From the NCBI GenBank assembly GCA_951406725.2, contig OX597823.1, positions 62,124,001-62,188,000 on the forward strand: a DNA stretch of 64,000 nt, given 5' to 3'. The notes beneath the pieces were generated by a model. The model did not search any database, had not been told where the DNA came from, and worked only from the letters and a program-made list of their open reading frames with translations. Shown one piece after another: positions 14,036-26,732 of this stretch. The position numbers and the translations under genes were made by a program. How positions within the stretch are numbered: the stretch's first letter is position 1; the number at the start of each line of letters is the position of its first letter. This DNA is from Octopus vulgaris. Its lineage: Eukaryota.

Positions 14036-15072
14036 GGGGTGCTGATGTAATTGACTTATCCCTTCCGCCAAACTTGCTGGCCTTGTGCCAAAATTTTAAG
14101 CCATTCATTATGCATTATCTCATAGCTTCGAGATTTTGATGATGTGATTGTTTATCTTTACAATGACATTGAAGAATAGGTGTGAGAGACCAGATCTGAC
14201 CAGTTTGAAATATAACCAGTAGAATATTTGGGCCATATATTGCCAGTTTAAATGCTAAAGAGTAAACCTTTTATCATTGAGATCATTATCAAATTTAATG
14301 CTTATTCACATTGTTTTGAATTAATCATGTGTTATCTCATAGCTTCAAGATTTTGAGGATGTGGATGTATACTATGAGAGTGAGATTGTGGGAGGTCAAA
14401 TTTGACTGGTTTGAGTATAAAACTGATAGATTATTTAGACCAATTACAGAAAGCTTAAATGCTGAAGTGTTTAATAATGTAAATAATCAAGCAAAAGCAA
14501 ATCACAAGAGACAGTAGTATAAATCCATATTAAATACCTAGACTCAAATTTTACTTTTACACTTTGACAGTTTATTTGTGAAAGAAAGTCTATATTTAGG
14601 AATGTCATTTCCATTATACATGTGGCAGTTATCACAATGAAAACAAACCAGTGCATAACAAATTGGGCAGAATATACGGTCACAGTAAATAGAGATTTTC
14701 CGAAGTCCTAATTTGATAATGAAACTAAGGTGAAAAATCGATTAATTTTACTTCACTTTCTTTACACATTTCGTGATAACTACAGCATGTATGAAAGACA
14801 TGACATTCTGAAAATGAAAGTTTTTCTTCCATTGATAAACACTGCTAAAGTGTGAAACTCAAGCTAAGTTCAGTTATTTAGTATGTACTTATTTTGATCT
14901 CTTTATTTATGTATCTTTTTGTCTGTTTGTCTATCTGTTTTTGCATGGATGTGTATATATTTGTATATGTGTGTGTGTGTATATATATATATATATACAC
15001 ATACACATATTCTTTTGATTTCTTTGTTATTTACTTAGAATCAAACGGTCAAACTGTAATATTTCTCTACAG

Positions 15073-15090
15073 GTTTTATCCAACACTCCC
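15073..15090 (+). CDS. Candidate 18-nt frame-preserving microexon of gamma-syntrophin (VLSNTP in phase 0)
   Basis: ATTTCTCTACAG|GTTTTATCCAACACTCCC|GTAAGC. Length is a multiple of 3, open in all frames, in non-repeat intron sequence. Confidence 0.4.
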
Positions 15091-15299
15091 GTAAGCTATT
15101 CCACAAAAAAATATAACTTCATACATTTTGAGAAATATCTATATACAAAAACCCTTGCATCAATTTAAAATGATTCTAAATATTAAATTCAGTACCATTT
15201 GAGCACTTTGTGTCAAGTTTAGTTCACACAGAAATGCTCTTTTTGTCTGACAGCGTATTCGATCCTGTCTGTTTTGTTCCTCCTCATACTCTTACTTTG

Positions 15300-15378
15300 A
15301 TAATCACATTTTGTGATAACCACATTTTGTAGTAACTACATTTAGTAATAATAACTACATTTTCGGATAATAACATTG
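15300..15378 (+). repeat. Short tandem repeat, about 16-bp unit x5 (GATAAYCACATTTTGT)
   Basis: GATAATCACATTTTGT GATAACCACATTTTGT AGTAACTACATTTAGT ... Confidence 0.75.
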
Positions 15379-16108
15379 CATATAAAAGAAGCAACAATCC
15401 TAAATATAGTCTTCCTATCACTGATGAACTCTAGTGTATTTAACTATGTATTTATTTTAATATCTATCTTTTGATTTGTTTCATTGTCGTCTTGCTTGCG
15501 TTGTCTACGTATGTATATTCCTGTATGTGTATGCCTGTGTGTGTGTGTGTGTTTATTCCACTCATACAAGCTATTTAATTGACAACTCTTTAAATTGCAT
15601 CAGTAATAAAATTGTAATTCATAGTATCTCTCTTTTATCTTTTCAAATAATGTTCAGAGTGGCCTAAGCTATTCTTTACTCCACAAATATTGTGAGGCGT
15701 GTCAAAGGCAGTCATGTTAGATTTCACATGATCGATGATGACCGCAGTGTCAAAGGTCATACTTATAACTTTGTTTTGGCTACGAATGAAATCGCCGATC
15801 ATTTTTACATTCATTCCGAGACAACAACCCTTTGATATTTCTGTTTATGTCCCCATACATATGTATATTTACATATGTATCTATGTATCTTCTATCTATC
15901 TATCTATCTATCTAGCCACACACACGCACACATCACACATATATATATATATGCATGTATAGTAACATGTGTGTGCCTGTATGTATGTATGAAAAAATCC
16001 AACATTATGTAGGTATTGAGATTAGTTTTAATATTGACGTGGTTAGCATGACATTTTGTGTGTATATGTGCGTATGATACACACACATATATATATATAT
16101 ATATACAT

Positions 16109-16155
<47 letters not shown>

Positions 16156-17429
16156 GCACAGTGAGTTCACAATCAATGTTATTAATTTGATGCTTGAGAG
16201 AAGGGTGAGAGTTGGCTATAATGTTTCAAAAATTGCTCTTCTTTGGATAATCAAAAAAGAAGGGAAAAAAACAGGAGAAACTGGAAAAAGAGGTAAGACT
16301 AAAAAGAAATTGTGGGAAGAACCAATTCCAGAGAGAGAGGCCATTTGGAGTTTACCTATAAGCTTGACTAGTGTCTCACACACACACACACACATATGCC
16401 TATATATCATACATACATAAAATATTTATCTAGACAAAGGATGTATAGGTCTATTCAAGCTAGCATTTTTTCCCCATCTTCCTTCATATGTATGTGATGT
16501 AGATATGTATACATATGTATATGCCTGTTTGAGTATATATTTGTATGTGTATGCATAAATAGTGTTTTGAGTAAGTGCTCACTAGCCTTAATTGACTCTC
16601 TTTATATACACTCTCACATACAGTTACACACTAACATATACATACTTCACTTTATACATGAACTAGTGGTTTTATGAGTATATTTACATCAGGGTCATAT
16701 TTTCATATAAGATTGTGGTCTACAGTATGTCTTATGAGATATGGAATTATGTTGGTATTGTCTTGAGCATATGAGGTAATATGTTGATCAATTATGGCAA
16801 ACTGCAGCCTTCTGAATGACATACCTACTTTGAGGAAAATAATGTCCATTAAAAAATATTGTTTTTCATTTCCTTCCCACTTGTTCATCCATACTCTCTC
16901 CCTCACTCAAAGGGGTTGGGGAAGCTGGTGTCAAAGGGGAATAACTATCAAATGCCCTACTGATGTGCTTAAGTTATTAATACCAGTTGTGTTGCTACAC
17001 CAGTTAGAAAAATAAAAAGTATTCACCTTCATCAGTCATCTGTGTAATTTTCAATGTGCTTCAGTGAGAATTTTCAACCATCCAAACATTCAAGATCCTT
17101 AAAGTGACATATCTACTCAGGACACTACATAAGTGAGCAAAAATTATTGATTTAATGTTCAGTTTCTGTTTCCACCACTTACACTGACTTCACTGCAATA
17201 ATTCAACAAGTGTAGTTACATGTGCATATCACAAAGTATTGTCAGGCATATCGCATAGCATTACCATGCATAGTTATAAATAGAAATTGAACATTAAAAT
17301 CAATAATAAATGCTTTTTGAAATTTTTAATTTTTTATATCACAACTTGTGTTTTCATCCCCCACCCACCCACCTAAAAAAATGATTTCTGAAGAAATGAG
17401 AAAATTCCATGGAAAGTGGTCAAATTATT

Positions 17430-18545
17430 GCTTCTTTGTGGAAATCAACCGGTAATTTTTATATGTGGCATTGATGAATAATTTAATATCATAGAATTAC
17501 TGTTCAGTCTATGGAAGACGCTGTTACAGGATATAGCATTTATGAAGAAGCAAAGAAAATTACAACAAAGTTGAATCTCCTGGTTGAAAGGATCATCACT
17601 GTAGGGACAGATAGGGCCCTTGCAATAGCTAGGCCAAAGATAGGCTTTCTATCCAATTTAAAAGGTGAAATAACTTCTTTGAAGTTATTAAACAGTGATT
17701 TTACAATGATTCATTACATAATTCATTAAAAAAATTGGTGCTTAAAGTTTTAAATTTTGAGAATGTTATGCATTTAGTTGCTTCCATCATAAATTTTATA
17801 AAATGCCAAGTACTTAGCAGTCACCATTTTAAAGAGTTCTTAGAAGAACTTGAATCAGAGAATGGCAATTTTGGCTTACTACAATGCAGTTCACTAGCTA
17901 ACTAAAATGAAGGTGCTTCACTGCTTTTATAACCTCAGAGAAGAGATGTGCAACTTCTTAGAATTGAGGGATAAATTTGTCCTAAGCTGAAGCAGGATTG
18001 CTGGATTTGTGATGTAGCATTTCTCGTAAATAACACAAACCATTTAAATGATCTCAATTTAAAGTTGTGTAAGCAAAATCAATTGATTCATGAGAGGTAC
18101 TCTTGTGTCAAAGATTTTTAAGAAAAACAACTTCAAAGTTGGGAGAATCAAGTCAGGACTGGTGACACTTTCCATTTTCCCTCATTAGTCATTTACAGGA
18201 TGTCTGTGGATTTAAATGAGTTCAAAAAAGAACTGAACGCCAGATTTAAGGACTTCAAAGTTAGAGAAGCTGAACCCTTCTGGAAATACATAATGATAAA
18301 GTTGAAAAGATAGCATTAAAGAGAACTGTAAATGGAAATAATTGAGCTTCAAATTGATGAATTTCTTTAGCAAAAAGATAAATGTTCAATGAAGTTTTAT
18401 GAAACCCTTTCTGAAGGAAACTACCCCCAAAATGGTATGTTTTACTATAAGATATGCCACCATATTTGGTTGTACGTATACGTGTGAACAACTTCTAGAA
18501 TGAAAATAATAAACTTGAAAACTAGGTCAAGATTGATAGACATTT
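17430..18545 (+). mobile_element. Fossil hAT (Buster/SPIN/GTF2IRD2-like) transposase
   Basis: Broken motifs TG..IYEE...TVGTDRALAI (TDGAPAM equivalent), IHYIIH* (HCIIHQ equivalent), WICDVAFLVN.TNHLNDLNLKL, FGCTYTCEQL. Several stops and frameshifts. Confidence 0.85.
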
Positions 18546-18955
18546 TTGTCTTTATGACAATTTCCTTGGTGTAAATATTGCAAAAGTTATAAAACAAAGT
18601 ATAACTATGCTAAGTTTCTCACTATAATTTGTAAAATATTTCTATTTCTGTCAATAACGAATGAATAATATATGTGATGTTTCCTGTCTGTATTTTGTTA
18701 GTGGTTTAATCATTATATATGGTTTAGTTGGACTATTTTCTTCATCTGCTTTGGTCATTTTTTGTGAGCATTTTCTTCATTATTGTTAACCCAACTTGGT
18801 CATGTCACATTAATTTGCTTCTCAGTTTCTATTTTTGTAGTTACTCCCCTTTAGTAACATTACCATTTTACCCCGGTACCATAGCTTCGAACAGTTCAAC
18901 TAGACTACATATAACAATGTATATGTATGTATGTATATTATTATGATATATATGC

Positions 18956-18991
<36 letters not shown>

Positions 18992-19289
18992 TATACACAT
19001 GTTTGTGTGTCTTTGTGTCTGTGTTTGTCCCTCACCTCTGCTTGACAACTGGTTTTGGCATGTTTACATCCCTGTAACTTAGCAGTTTGGCAAAAGACAC
19101 TGATAGAAAAAGTACCAGGTTTAATATAAAAATGAGTACTGGAGTTGATCCATTTGTAGGCAACCTTATTTGAATCAGTGATGTCAGGTTTCAACGGGAG
19201 TCAATTCTTGAAGGGCAGTGTCCCATCATGGCCACAGCCTAATGGACTGAACTGCTGGATCCTAATTGAAAACTGCTTCATGGAAGTTA

Positions 19290-20200
19290 CTTCCCTGAGC
19301 TGTTATAACTGCTCTTCATTCTGCAGTAGAGATCTTATTCCTTGTCAGCCATGCATACCTCTGTTCATCACTTTGAGATGCTCTGGCTTTTGTAGTGCAC
19401 AGTCTGTTCGTTTCTTGGTATGCTTCCCTTTCTGCAGCTGTCTCTCTTTCCCTGGACAGAGACATTCTTTTGGCTGACCTTGACATTTTAGATAAATTTG
19501 ACACTTTCCTTCTAGGCATGGTTATATATGTATACAGAAATACATGGGTGCAGAAAATAGTAGACAATGAAAATAACTAGGTAACAGAACTTATATTTCT
19601 TAATACAGTGGGCAGAAAGTAAATAAGAAATTTTTACGGGAAATAAAGTGAAATTTGTCACTTAGTGAACCAAGGAGCCAGTGTCGAAAGAACCAGAAAA
19701 AAAGCCATTAACAACAAAAAAAAAAAGCACAAACCCATTGCAAAAGTAAATAAGAAACTTTTAGGGAAATTAACTAAGTGTATGGATTTAAGTGAAATTT
19801 TTGAAGTTGCTTCTGTCAGTAAATTATAGACTAACGAAGAAAGAAGGGGAGAGAGAGAGCTAGCTAGTTAGACAAATAAGATATAGACAGATAGATAGAG
19901 ATGGATAGAGAGATATAGATGTCATTGATGCTAGAAAACTGGAAGTAAATATTTTTAAAAACTTTCAAAGATGTGAATCTAAAACAAAGCCAATATTTTT
20001 TTTTTATGACCAATGGATGTAAGAAAGTTACTTCACAAAGAGTTACCTCCCTTCCCCACGTAAACCAGGACCGGGTGTTTTCTGCCCCCAGGGATCCCAT
20101 TAGTCAATATGTGAAAAATTTTAAGAGTCTAAAACCACCCCTGGAACATAAGTAATCTATGTTTCCAGTTATAATCTTTTACACACACAGACAGAACAGG

Positions 20201-20215
<15 letters not shown>
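19290..20215 (-). mobile_element. Helitron-derived remnant (5' end plus N-terminal RepHel-like coding stub)
   Basis: Minus strand starts TATATATAAATCCTGTTCTGTCTGTGTGTG next to (TA)n. ORF MPRRKVSNLSKMSRSAKRMSLSRERETAAEREAYQE..RASQSDEQR resembles the E/R-rich repeat N-terminus of Helitron proteins. Confidence 0.55.
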
Positions 20216-20235
<20 letters not shown>

Positions 20236-20700
20236 CATGTGTGTGTGTGTGTATATGCACACATGCAAATAGGCTTCTTTTAGTTACATAGATATTTTTA
20301 AAGGAATCATTCCTTTTTTGTAGCAGAGTGATAGACCGATCATTCTGTAAGGGTTAAATGATATTCTACTGATATTTTCCTTCTCAATCCTATCATACTT
20401 TAACCTCTCAAAACCTAGCATAAAGCCACTTTCCTTTTTACTATACTTCCACTCACTGAAGGAAGTCCTTTAGTCTTGTGAGTTACATGGTGATCTCACT
20501 ATTGCTAGCACCACAAATAAAGAAATCACCCAGTTCATTCTATGAAGTGGTTGGCATTATGGAGGCTTGTATTGAATATTGGTTTAGTTTTAGCCTAATT
20601 ATAACTTTTATCTGTTTCCCATAGGCTTAATATCCAACATATTTGCCAAAATTAAGTTGCATATATATTTGTGACAGGGAAAATATTAATACCAAGGGGA

Positions 20701-20792
20701 AATATTTATCCCCACTTAAACATGGATGTTCTGTTACAACAAACTATTGTCTGTTCGAACAAAGCATCCATGTTTAAGTGGAGATAAATATT
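20701..20792. repeat. 35-bp inverted repeat hairpin
   Basis: AATATTTATCCCCACTTAAACATGGATGTTCTGTT versus AACAAAGCATCCATGTTTAAGTGGAGATAAATATT. Confidence 0.85.
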
Positions 20793-21559
20793 AGCTGCAT
20801 TATATTTAATATTATTGTGATCCCTTGAGAGTTTATTTAAGATGTGTGTATTATTTGTAGCTGTTGTTGTTGTTTCTTTCCTTGCAGGCTTTGTTACTTC
20901 CCTTCCCTTTGTTGAGTGTTCTTAGTTAATTCTGCTTTAATAGTAGATGTGTGAATCAGGAGATAATAATCAAATGTAAAAGAGTAATCTATAAGACCAT
21001 CATCTCAAATGTGTAAATACTAGATGTATGGATTAAACTTCTCTGTTTCCTTGTCACCCCTCTTTGGATACTTCATCTTTTAATTCAGGGGTGTCAAACT
21101 AGTTTGGCTTTGCAAATCCAGAATGAAACATAAATTAGATCTTGCAAACTGGTAAGTGGATAGGCCACAATTATTCCAGTGAAGGAAGAAAAAAAAACAC
21201 AAAACTATTCATAATGTAGGCTGAGGTAAATGGATAATGGTTTCAGCATTCATTATAACAATGTTTTTAATAATAAAGAAATAACAGAATATCAGGTGTT
21301 AGCCTAAATTTGTTAGCAGAAATCATCATCATCATTTAATGTCCACTTTCCATGCTGGCATGGGTTGAAAACTTTGACTGAAAACTGGTAATCTGGGGAG
21401 TTGCACCAGGTTCCAATCTGATTAGACATGTTTCTATGGCTGGTTACCCTTCCTAATGCCAACCACTCCAAGAGTATAGTGGGTACTTTTTACATTCCAC
21501 TGGCACAGGTGCCATTGATATGATACTGTCATTGGCCATGACTAAGATCTCACACACAC

Positions 21560-21619
<60 letters not shown>

Positions 21620-22161
21620 CAGTCATCTCTAACAAGCACAATTGTAAGATAATCTGATAACCTAATATCCTGTGTAGAATCGATTGGTAAGATCAGCTTT
21701 AATGAATCTAGGCATTAGGAAGGGCATCCAGCCGTAGAAACACTGCCAGATCTGACTGGGCCTGACGAAGCCTTCCAGCTTCACAGACCCCAGTTGACCC
21801 GTCCAACCCATGCTAGCATGGAAAGCGGATGCTAAACGATGATGATGATGATGATGATAATAATGTATTCTTTGATGAATATAAATATATAAGATAGTGT
21901 CTCAGCATGGCTGCAGTCTAATGACTGAAACAAGTAAAAAGTATATACACACACATGCTTACATATCTAAAACAGGCTTCTCCACAGTTTCCACCTCAGT
22001 AACAAGAAACCTATGTTGTTTTTACATATTTAACTTGCTAAATACTAGAAATATCAGCTAAATCCTCTTAAATTTCACCCTACTACTTTACAAAGGGCTA
22101 GGAAACATTAACCAATAGAGGGTTAGATATACAAAGGGGGGAAAAAACAGCATAGTCATTG

Positions 22162-22402
22162 GTTCTATATTTAAGAGATGAGGAATTATGTACATTATTT
22201 ACATTCGACAGATATTTGTCCTCATCTTGTTTGTTGTTAACACAACGTTTCAGCTGATATACCCTCCAGCCTTCTTCAGGTGTCTTGAGGAAATTTCGAA
22301 CCTGGGTTCTCATTTGAGAAGAAGGCTGGAGGATATATCAACCGAAACGTTGTGTTAACAGCAAGAAAGATGAGGACAAATATCTATCAAATGTAAATAA
22401 TG
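22162..22402. mobile_element. Penelope-type fold-back insertion with 13-bp TSD and about 85-bp inverted arms
   Basis: AGCATAGTCATTG at 22149-22161 and 22403-22415. Arms about 22193-22277 and 22318-22402 are reverse complements with few mismatches. Confidence 0.85.
22239..22284 (-). ncRNA. Minimal type I hammerhead ribozyme motif (Penelope-type)
   Basis: Minus strand GACAC-CTGAAGA-A-GGCTG...CAGCT-GAAA-C-GTT-GTGTT: stem I GACAC/GTGTT, core CUGAAGA and GAAA, loopless palindromic stem III (ACGU), GUU triplet. Confidence 0.6.
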
Positions 22403-23280
22403 AGCATAGTCATTGCTTGAGCATCCTTGATCATGTGTCTTCTTGATCATTGCAGACCTGTACTTAACGTACTACAAGACAACAACAGCTAAATTTTACT
22501 CACAAAGTATCGGTCCATCTAGGACTAGAGTAAAAGATATTTGTAACGTAGGTGTGATATGGTGATATCAAACATAGAACAACGTGGGTATGAAACAAAC
22601 TTCATAATCACATCACTACAGCTGTGTCCATTTGATTCTTGCATCCAGCTGAAAATCCTTGAAAATCTATATAAGAACTCCCTCAAATAATTCATGTTTC
22701 AAAGATAGATTTTTTTTTTCATTATTGTTTTACTTGTATTATTTTATTTATTTATCTTGTGATAAATCAAATCAAACTTGTTGAAGTGGCTTCCTTGAAG
22801 TTCCCTCTCTGGTTTGCGATATGATATCTTAGTTCTTGTGGTTTGGCAATTTTTCATTATGATTTAATCCTTCAGCAACAGGAATACAATCTCTGAACCA
22901 ATAGTCAGTTTTTAATTAAATTGATACTTTCTCACCTGTTTGTTCTCCTTCTGCCTTCTCTGTATAATCTCTCCTTTTTCTCCTTGTCACTCATTCACTC
23001 TCTCTCTCTTTCTCTCTCTCTCAAACACCTGCTCTGTCTCCAGGAAGTTAGAAAGGAATTCTTTACCTCATTCAGAGGTATAAATGCTTGACTCTTCAGT
23101 TCATCTTATTCCATTCATTGTTGTAATTTATCATGATGATAATGATGACAATAAGAATTATAATTATGATGATGAAGATGCTGCTGAAAATAATGAATGT
23201 GATGATGAGGAGGATTGTAATGATGTTGACGATGATTATATTGACAAAGATAATGATGACTATGGGGTTAATAATAATAA

Positions 23281-23316
<36 letters not shown>

Positions 23317-23495
23317 CATATATAAGGATTATAATGATGAGTCTGACAAATGATGTTGATAATGTCAGTTCACCAAACATTAGTGTGTTTGTGTGTGGTT
23401 GTTGTTGTTGTTGTTTTACCTTGTGGAAATTTAGTTGCTGATTCAACCTCATTTGCACATCAACAATTTTTCCTTTTTCTCTGCTTCTTCTTCAG

Positions 23496-23605
23496 CGCAA
23501 CACATCAGGTTGGTTACAACTCGAAAAGCAATGGGTTAACATGACATCCATTCCACTCCTTTATGCTTACATAACACGATATATGGCAGGAACTGACAAA
23601 CTTCG
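23496..23605 (+). CDS. SNTG1: Gamma-syntrophin exon (split PH1, C-terminal half start): RNTSGWLQLEKQWVNMTSIPLLYAYITRYMAGTDKLR
   Basis: TTCTTCAG acceptor, CG|GTAAGT donor, 110 nt, phase 0->2. Resembles vertebrate SNTG1 'WEKRWCDLRLIPLL...YVPGTDLSR' as I recall it. Confidence 0.92.
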
Positions 23606-24276
23606 GTAAGTGTGTTTACTTGTGCCATCTCTTATTCAGAAACAATGAACCCAACTTTGGTTGGTAGACTTAATCTGTCAATACATACATACATCAACAG
23701 CTGCTTTTGTGGGTGCCTTTATCAGAATCCACACTGTTTCAAGCATACAACCTGTGTCTCTATTTTGTGGATATCTTCTTCCTTATTTCCCAGAAACCAG
23801 AAACATCTACTTACAACAGCAAATTGGCTTAATTTCGCTTTTATACCACCACCAACATCATCATCCTTCCATTTTCCATGCTGGCAAGGATTGGATGGTT
23901 TGATAAGAGTTGGCTAGCCAGATTGCCACACCAGGCTTCAGTTGTCTGTTTTGGTTTGGTTTCTTCAGCTGGATAACTTTCCTCACAATGACTTCACAGT
24001 GTGTACTGGGTGTTTTTTACATGGCACCAACCAGGGTGCTTTTTACATGGGACCTGGACAGGTGCTTTCGATGTGACACCAGCATGGGTGATTTTTACCT
24101 GGCATGGCATGGGTGCTTTTCACATAGCACTGGCACAGGTATAAGAAATAAGACAATAAGAAAATAAGAAATCCCCATTAGTGTTGTTTGTTTAAAAAAT
24201 GTTTTCATCGTGACTTCAGTGATACTAAAAATTCTATAAACAATTTCTAATGCCTAGTCACTTTTCACCCACCCTC

Positions 24277-24334
<58 letters not shown>

Positions 24335-24840
24335 TATATATGTGTGTGTGTATACACACATACATACATACATACATACACACAAAGGTCTTCTTTCAGT
24401 TTCTGTTTACCAAATTCACTCACAAGACTCTCATTAGCCCAAGGCTATAGCAGAAGGTACTTGCTCAATGTGGCATGCAGTGGCATTCTTTTAACCCATA
24501 TGTATTTTTCAAAAGCTTTAAAAGCACAAGGAAGTGCAATATATGAAATACCCACACACACACACACTTCTTTTACTTTTCGTCTACCAAATCCACTCAA
24601 AAGACTTTGGTTAGCTCAGAGCTATAGCAAAAGGCACTTGCCCAAAACCACACGGTTTGGAGGCAAACTTTATAACTGGACAACTATGCCTGCTTCTTGT
24701 TAGAAACAGTTATTTATACCATCAAGAAAAATACAGCAAATTTCAAAATTATCATTAGTTATTTACTTTCGAACTTCACATGTTTTGAAATAACATAAAC
24801 AACTGTCTCCTCTTTTATCCATACAATCTTCTCTTATTTT

Positions 24841-25253
24841 CACAAAACTTTGGTATCAAAACCTACCACTCACTGCGCCACGGAAGACGCTGCCAGCTGC
24901 CGCCAATCAACAAAAAGGCTGGCCAGGCAGCAAAAACCCTGCGAGAATCAAGTCTGTTGGTTCGAGGAGCACAACTATTCAACTCCATTCCGGTACATGT
25001 CAGAAATCTATCAGGATGCAGTGTGGAATCATTCAAATTGCAGCTGGATAGATACTTAAGCACCATTAGAGATGAACCCCATCTCCCAGGATATACACAA
25101 CGAGCACAAACTGACTCAAACTCGCTCCTACACATGTCAAAATTAAGCAGAGAATACAACCTGGCAACCACACCAGACTCTGAGGGTGGAGTCTTCGACT
25201 TGGCCTGAGCATGGACTCAAACTCAAATGAAATGAAATGAAATGAAATGAAAA
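24841..25253 (+). mobile_element. Short 3' fragment of a CR1/L2-group LINE with (TGAAA)n tail and 9-bp TSD
   Basis: Translation RHGRRCQLPP...SLLVRGAQLFNSIPVHVRNLSGCSVESFKLQLDRYLSTIRDEP. TGAAA repeats at 25228-25252. TCTTATTTT at 24832-24840 and 25254-25262. Confidence 0.85.
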
Positions 25254-25668
25254 TCTTATTTTTCCCTTCTAGAATATTAACCCTTATCAAAAATAGGAAG
25301 ACATCAATCACCCTAATGAGAAAGCCATCATGATACATCATCGTTTCATTATCATTTAACGGCTGTTTTCCAGCCTGGCATGGGTTGGACTCCATTAAAT
25401 TAAAATGGAAGTTATTTCCTAAAATGTGACATGTTGTTTATTAGGTTCATACTTTACCCCAAGAGGGCTTTTTACTACAATCTCATTCTAGGGTAAGACT
25501 AAATGTGTAGAAATTCTTAAATACTATTAATTTTACCTTACTATATTTATAATATTTCTGTTTAACCTATGCTAATCAAGTTTACATCATTTCATTCATT
25601 TATTCATTTGATGTCTGTTCTTTCATTGCTAGCATAGGTTGGAAAGGTACTTATTTGATGCAGGATTT

Positions 25669-26078
25669 GGATCTTTTCGGTTTGAACGGCATTTTTTTCT
25701 AGCGGTGTCATATGAAATTGTTACCCATAATTATGACCCTAGAATTGACCTATTGCATTTCAATCTCTTTTAGGGTTAGGGGTGGGGGAAGGGTATCTTT
25801 TTTTCTTCACAAATGTAAATAAACCCAATCTGTTTCTTAAACAAGGGACATATTCATATGGCACAGAATGCTTTTTAACTCAATAGACGTCACTGATTGG
25901 TTGAAATTGCAGAAATTGAAGAAAAAAAATAAGAAATACCTTACAAACTATAGAATTTTCTCAATAAAGCCAAGAGAAAAAGTTGTTTTATAAACACATT
26001 CTACCTGTATACGAAGTTTAAAATTTTTTAGTTCCCTAGAAATTATGTTAAAAACTGCCATTCAAACCAAAAAGATCC
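25669..26078. mobile_element. MITE with about 28-bp TIRs (GGATCTTTTCGGTTTGAACGGCA) and 8-bp TSD, Merlin-like GG ends
   Basis: TIR at 25669 and reverse copy ending GATCC at 26078. Flanks CAGGATTT / CAGGATAT. Internal TTAGGGTTAGGG. Confidence 0.8.
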
Positions 26079-26602
26079 CAGGATATTAATGACCATGTGC
26101 TCTTTCCATTGCCAACCCTTACCTGTTTTTTTTTTATTTTATTCTTTGGGTTTTTTTGAAAGCACTCATGATAGGCTTCAATACAGTTTCTCTCTACTGA
26201 ATCCACACACATAAAGCATTGGTTGGAAGGGCTGCAGAAGATATTTGGTCTAAGTACTTTGCAGTGGAACTGAACCCAAAACCATGTGGTAGTACAATGA
26301 AATCTCTTAACCACGTGACGATTCCTGTACCTATTGAATTTGTTAAAACATAAAAATGTCCCTTTCTTCAGTTTTAGAATTTAGAGAAACCACAAACTAC
26401 TAAAAATATTCTAGTCAAACTCTAGTCAAAGTTATGGGAAATTTTATTACAAGTTTACTTTTAGAACTTGACTTTGATGAATGAGTAATTTCTTTCTTTC
26501 TTTTTTTTTTTTCAAAAATGTCTTGTACAATCATTGTATTTCTTTTATGTTTTCAAATTGTTGGTGGACTTTAAGTAATTTTGTGATTTCGATTTTATCT
26601 AG

Positions 26603-26732
26603 ACCTAATGCATTTGAGGTTGTTGGAGTCGATGGTGTAACTTCTGGTGTGGTAGTATGTGAAGACACAAGAGCCTTAGCAGAATGGATTCAATGCATAT
26701 CTGAAGGAATTAATCACCAATTTCGAAATTTA
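26603..26732 (+). CDS. SNTG1: Gamma-syntrophin exon: PNAFEVVGVDGVTSGVVVCEDTRALAEWIQCISEGINHQFRNL
   Basis: TCTAG acceptor, GTAAGA donor, 130 nt, phase 2->0. Matches SNTG 'NAFQVIAVDGVCTGIIQC...DWLQAI'. Confidence 0.95.
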
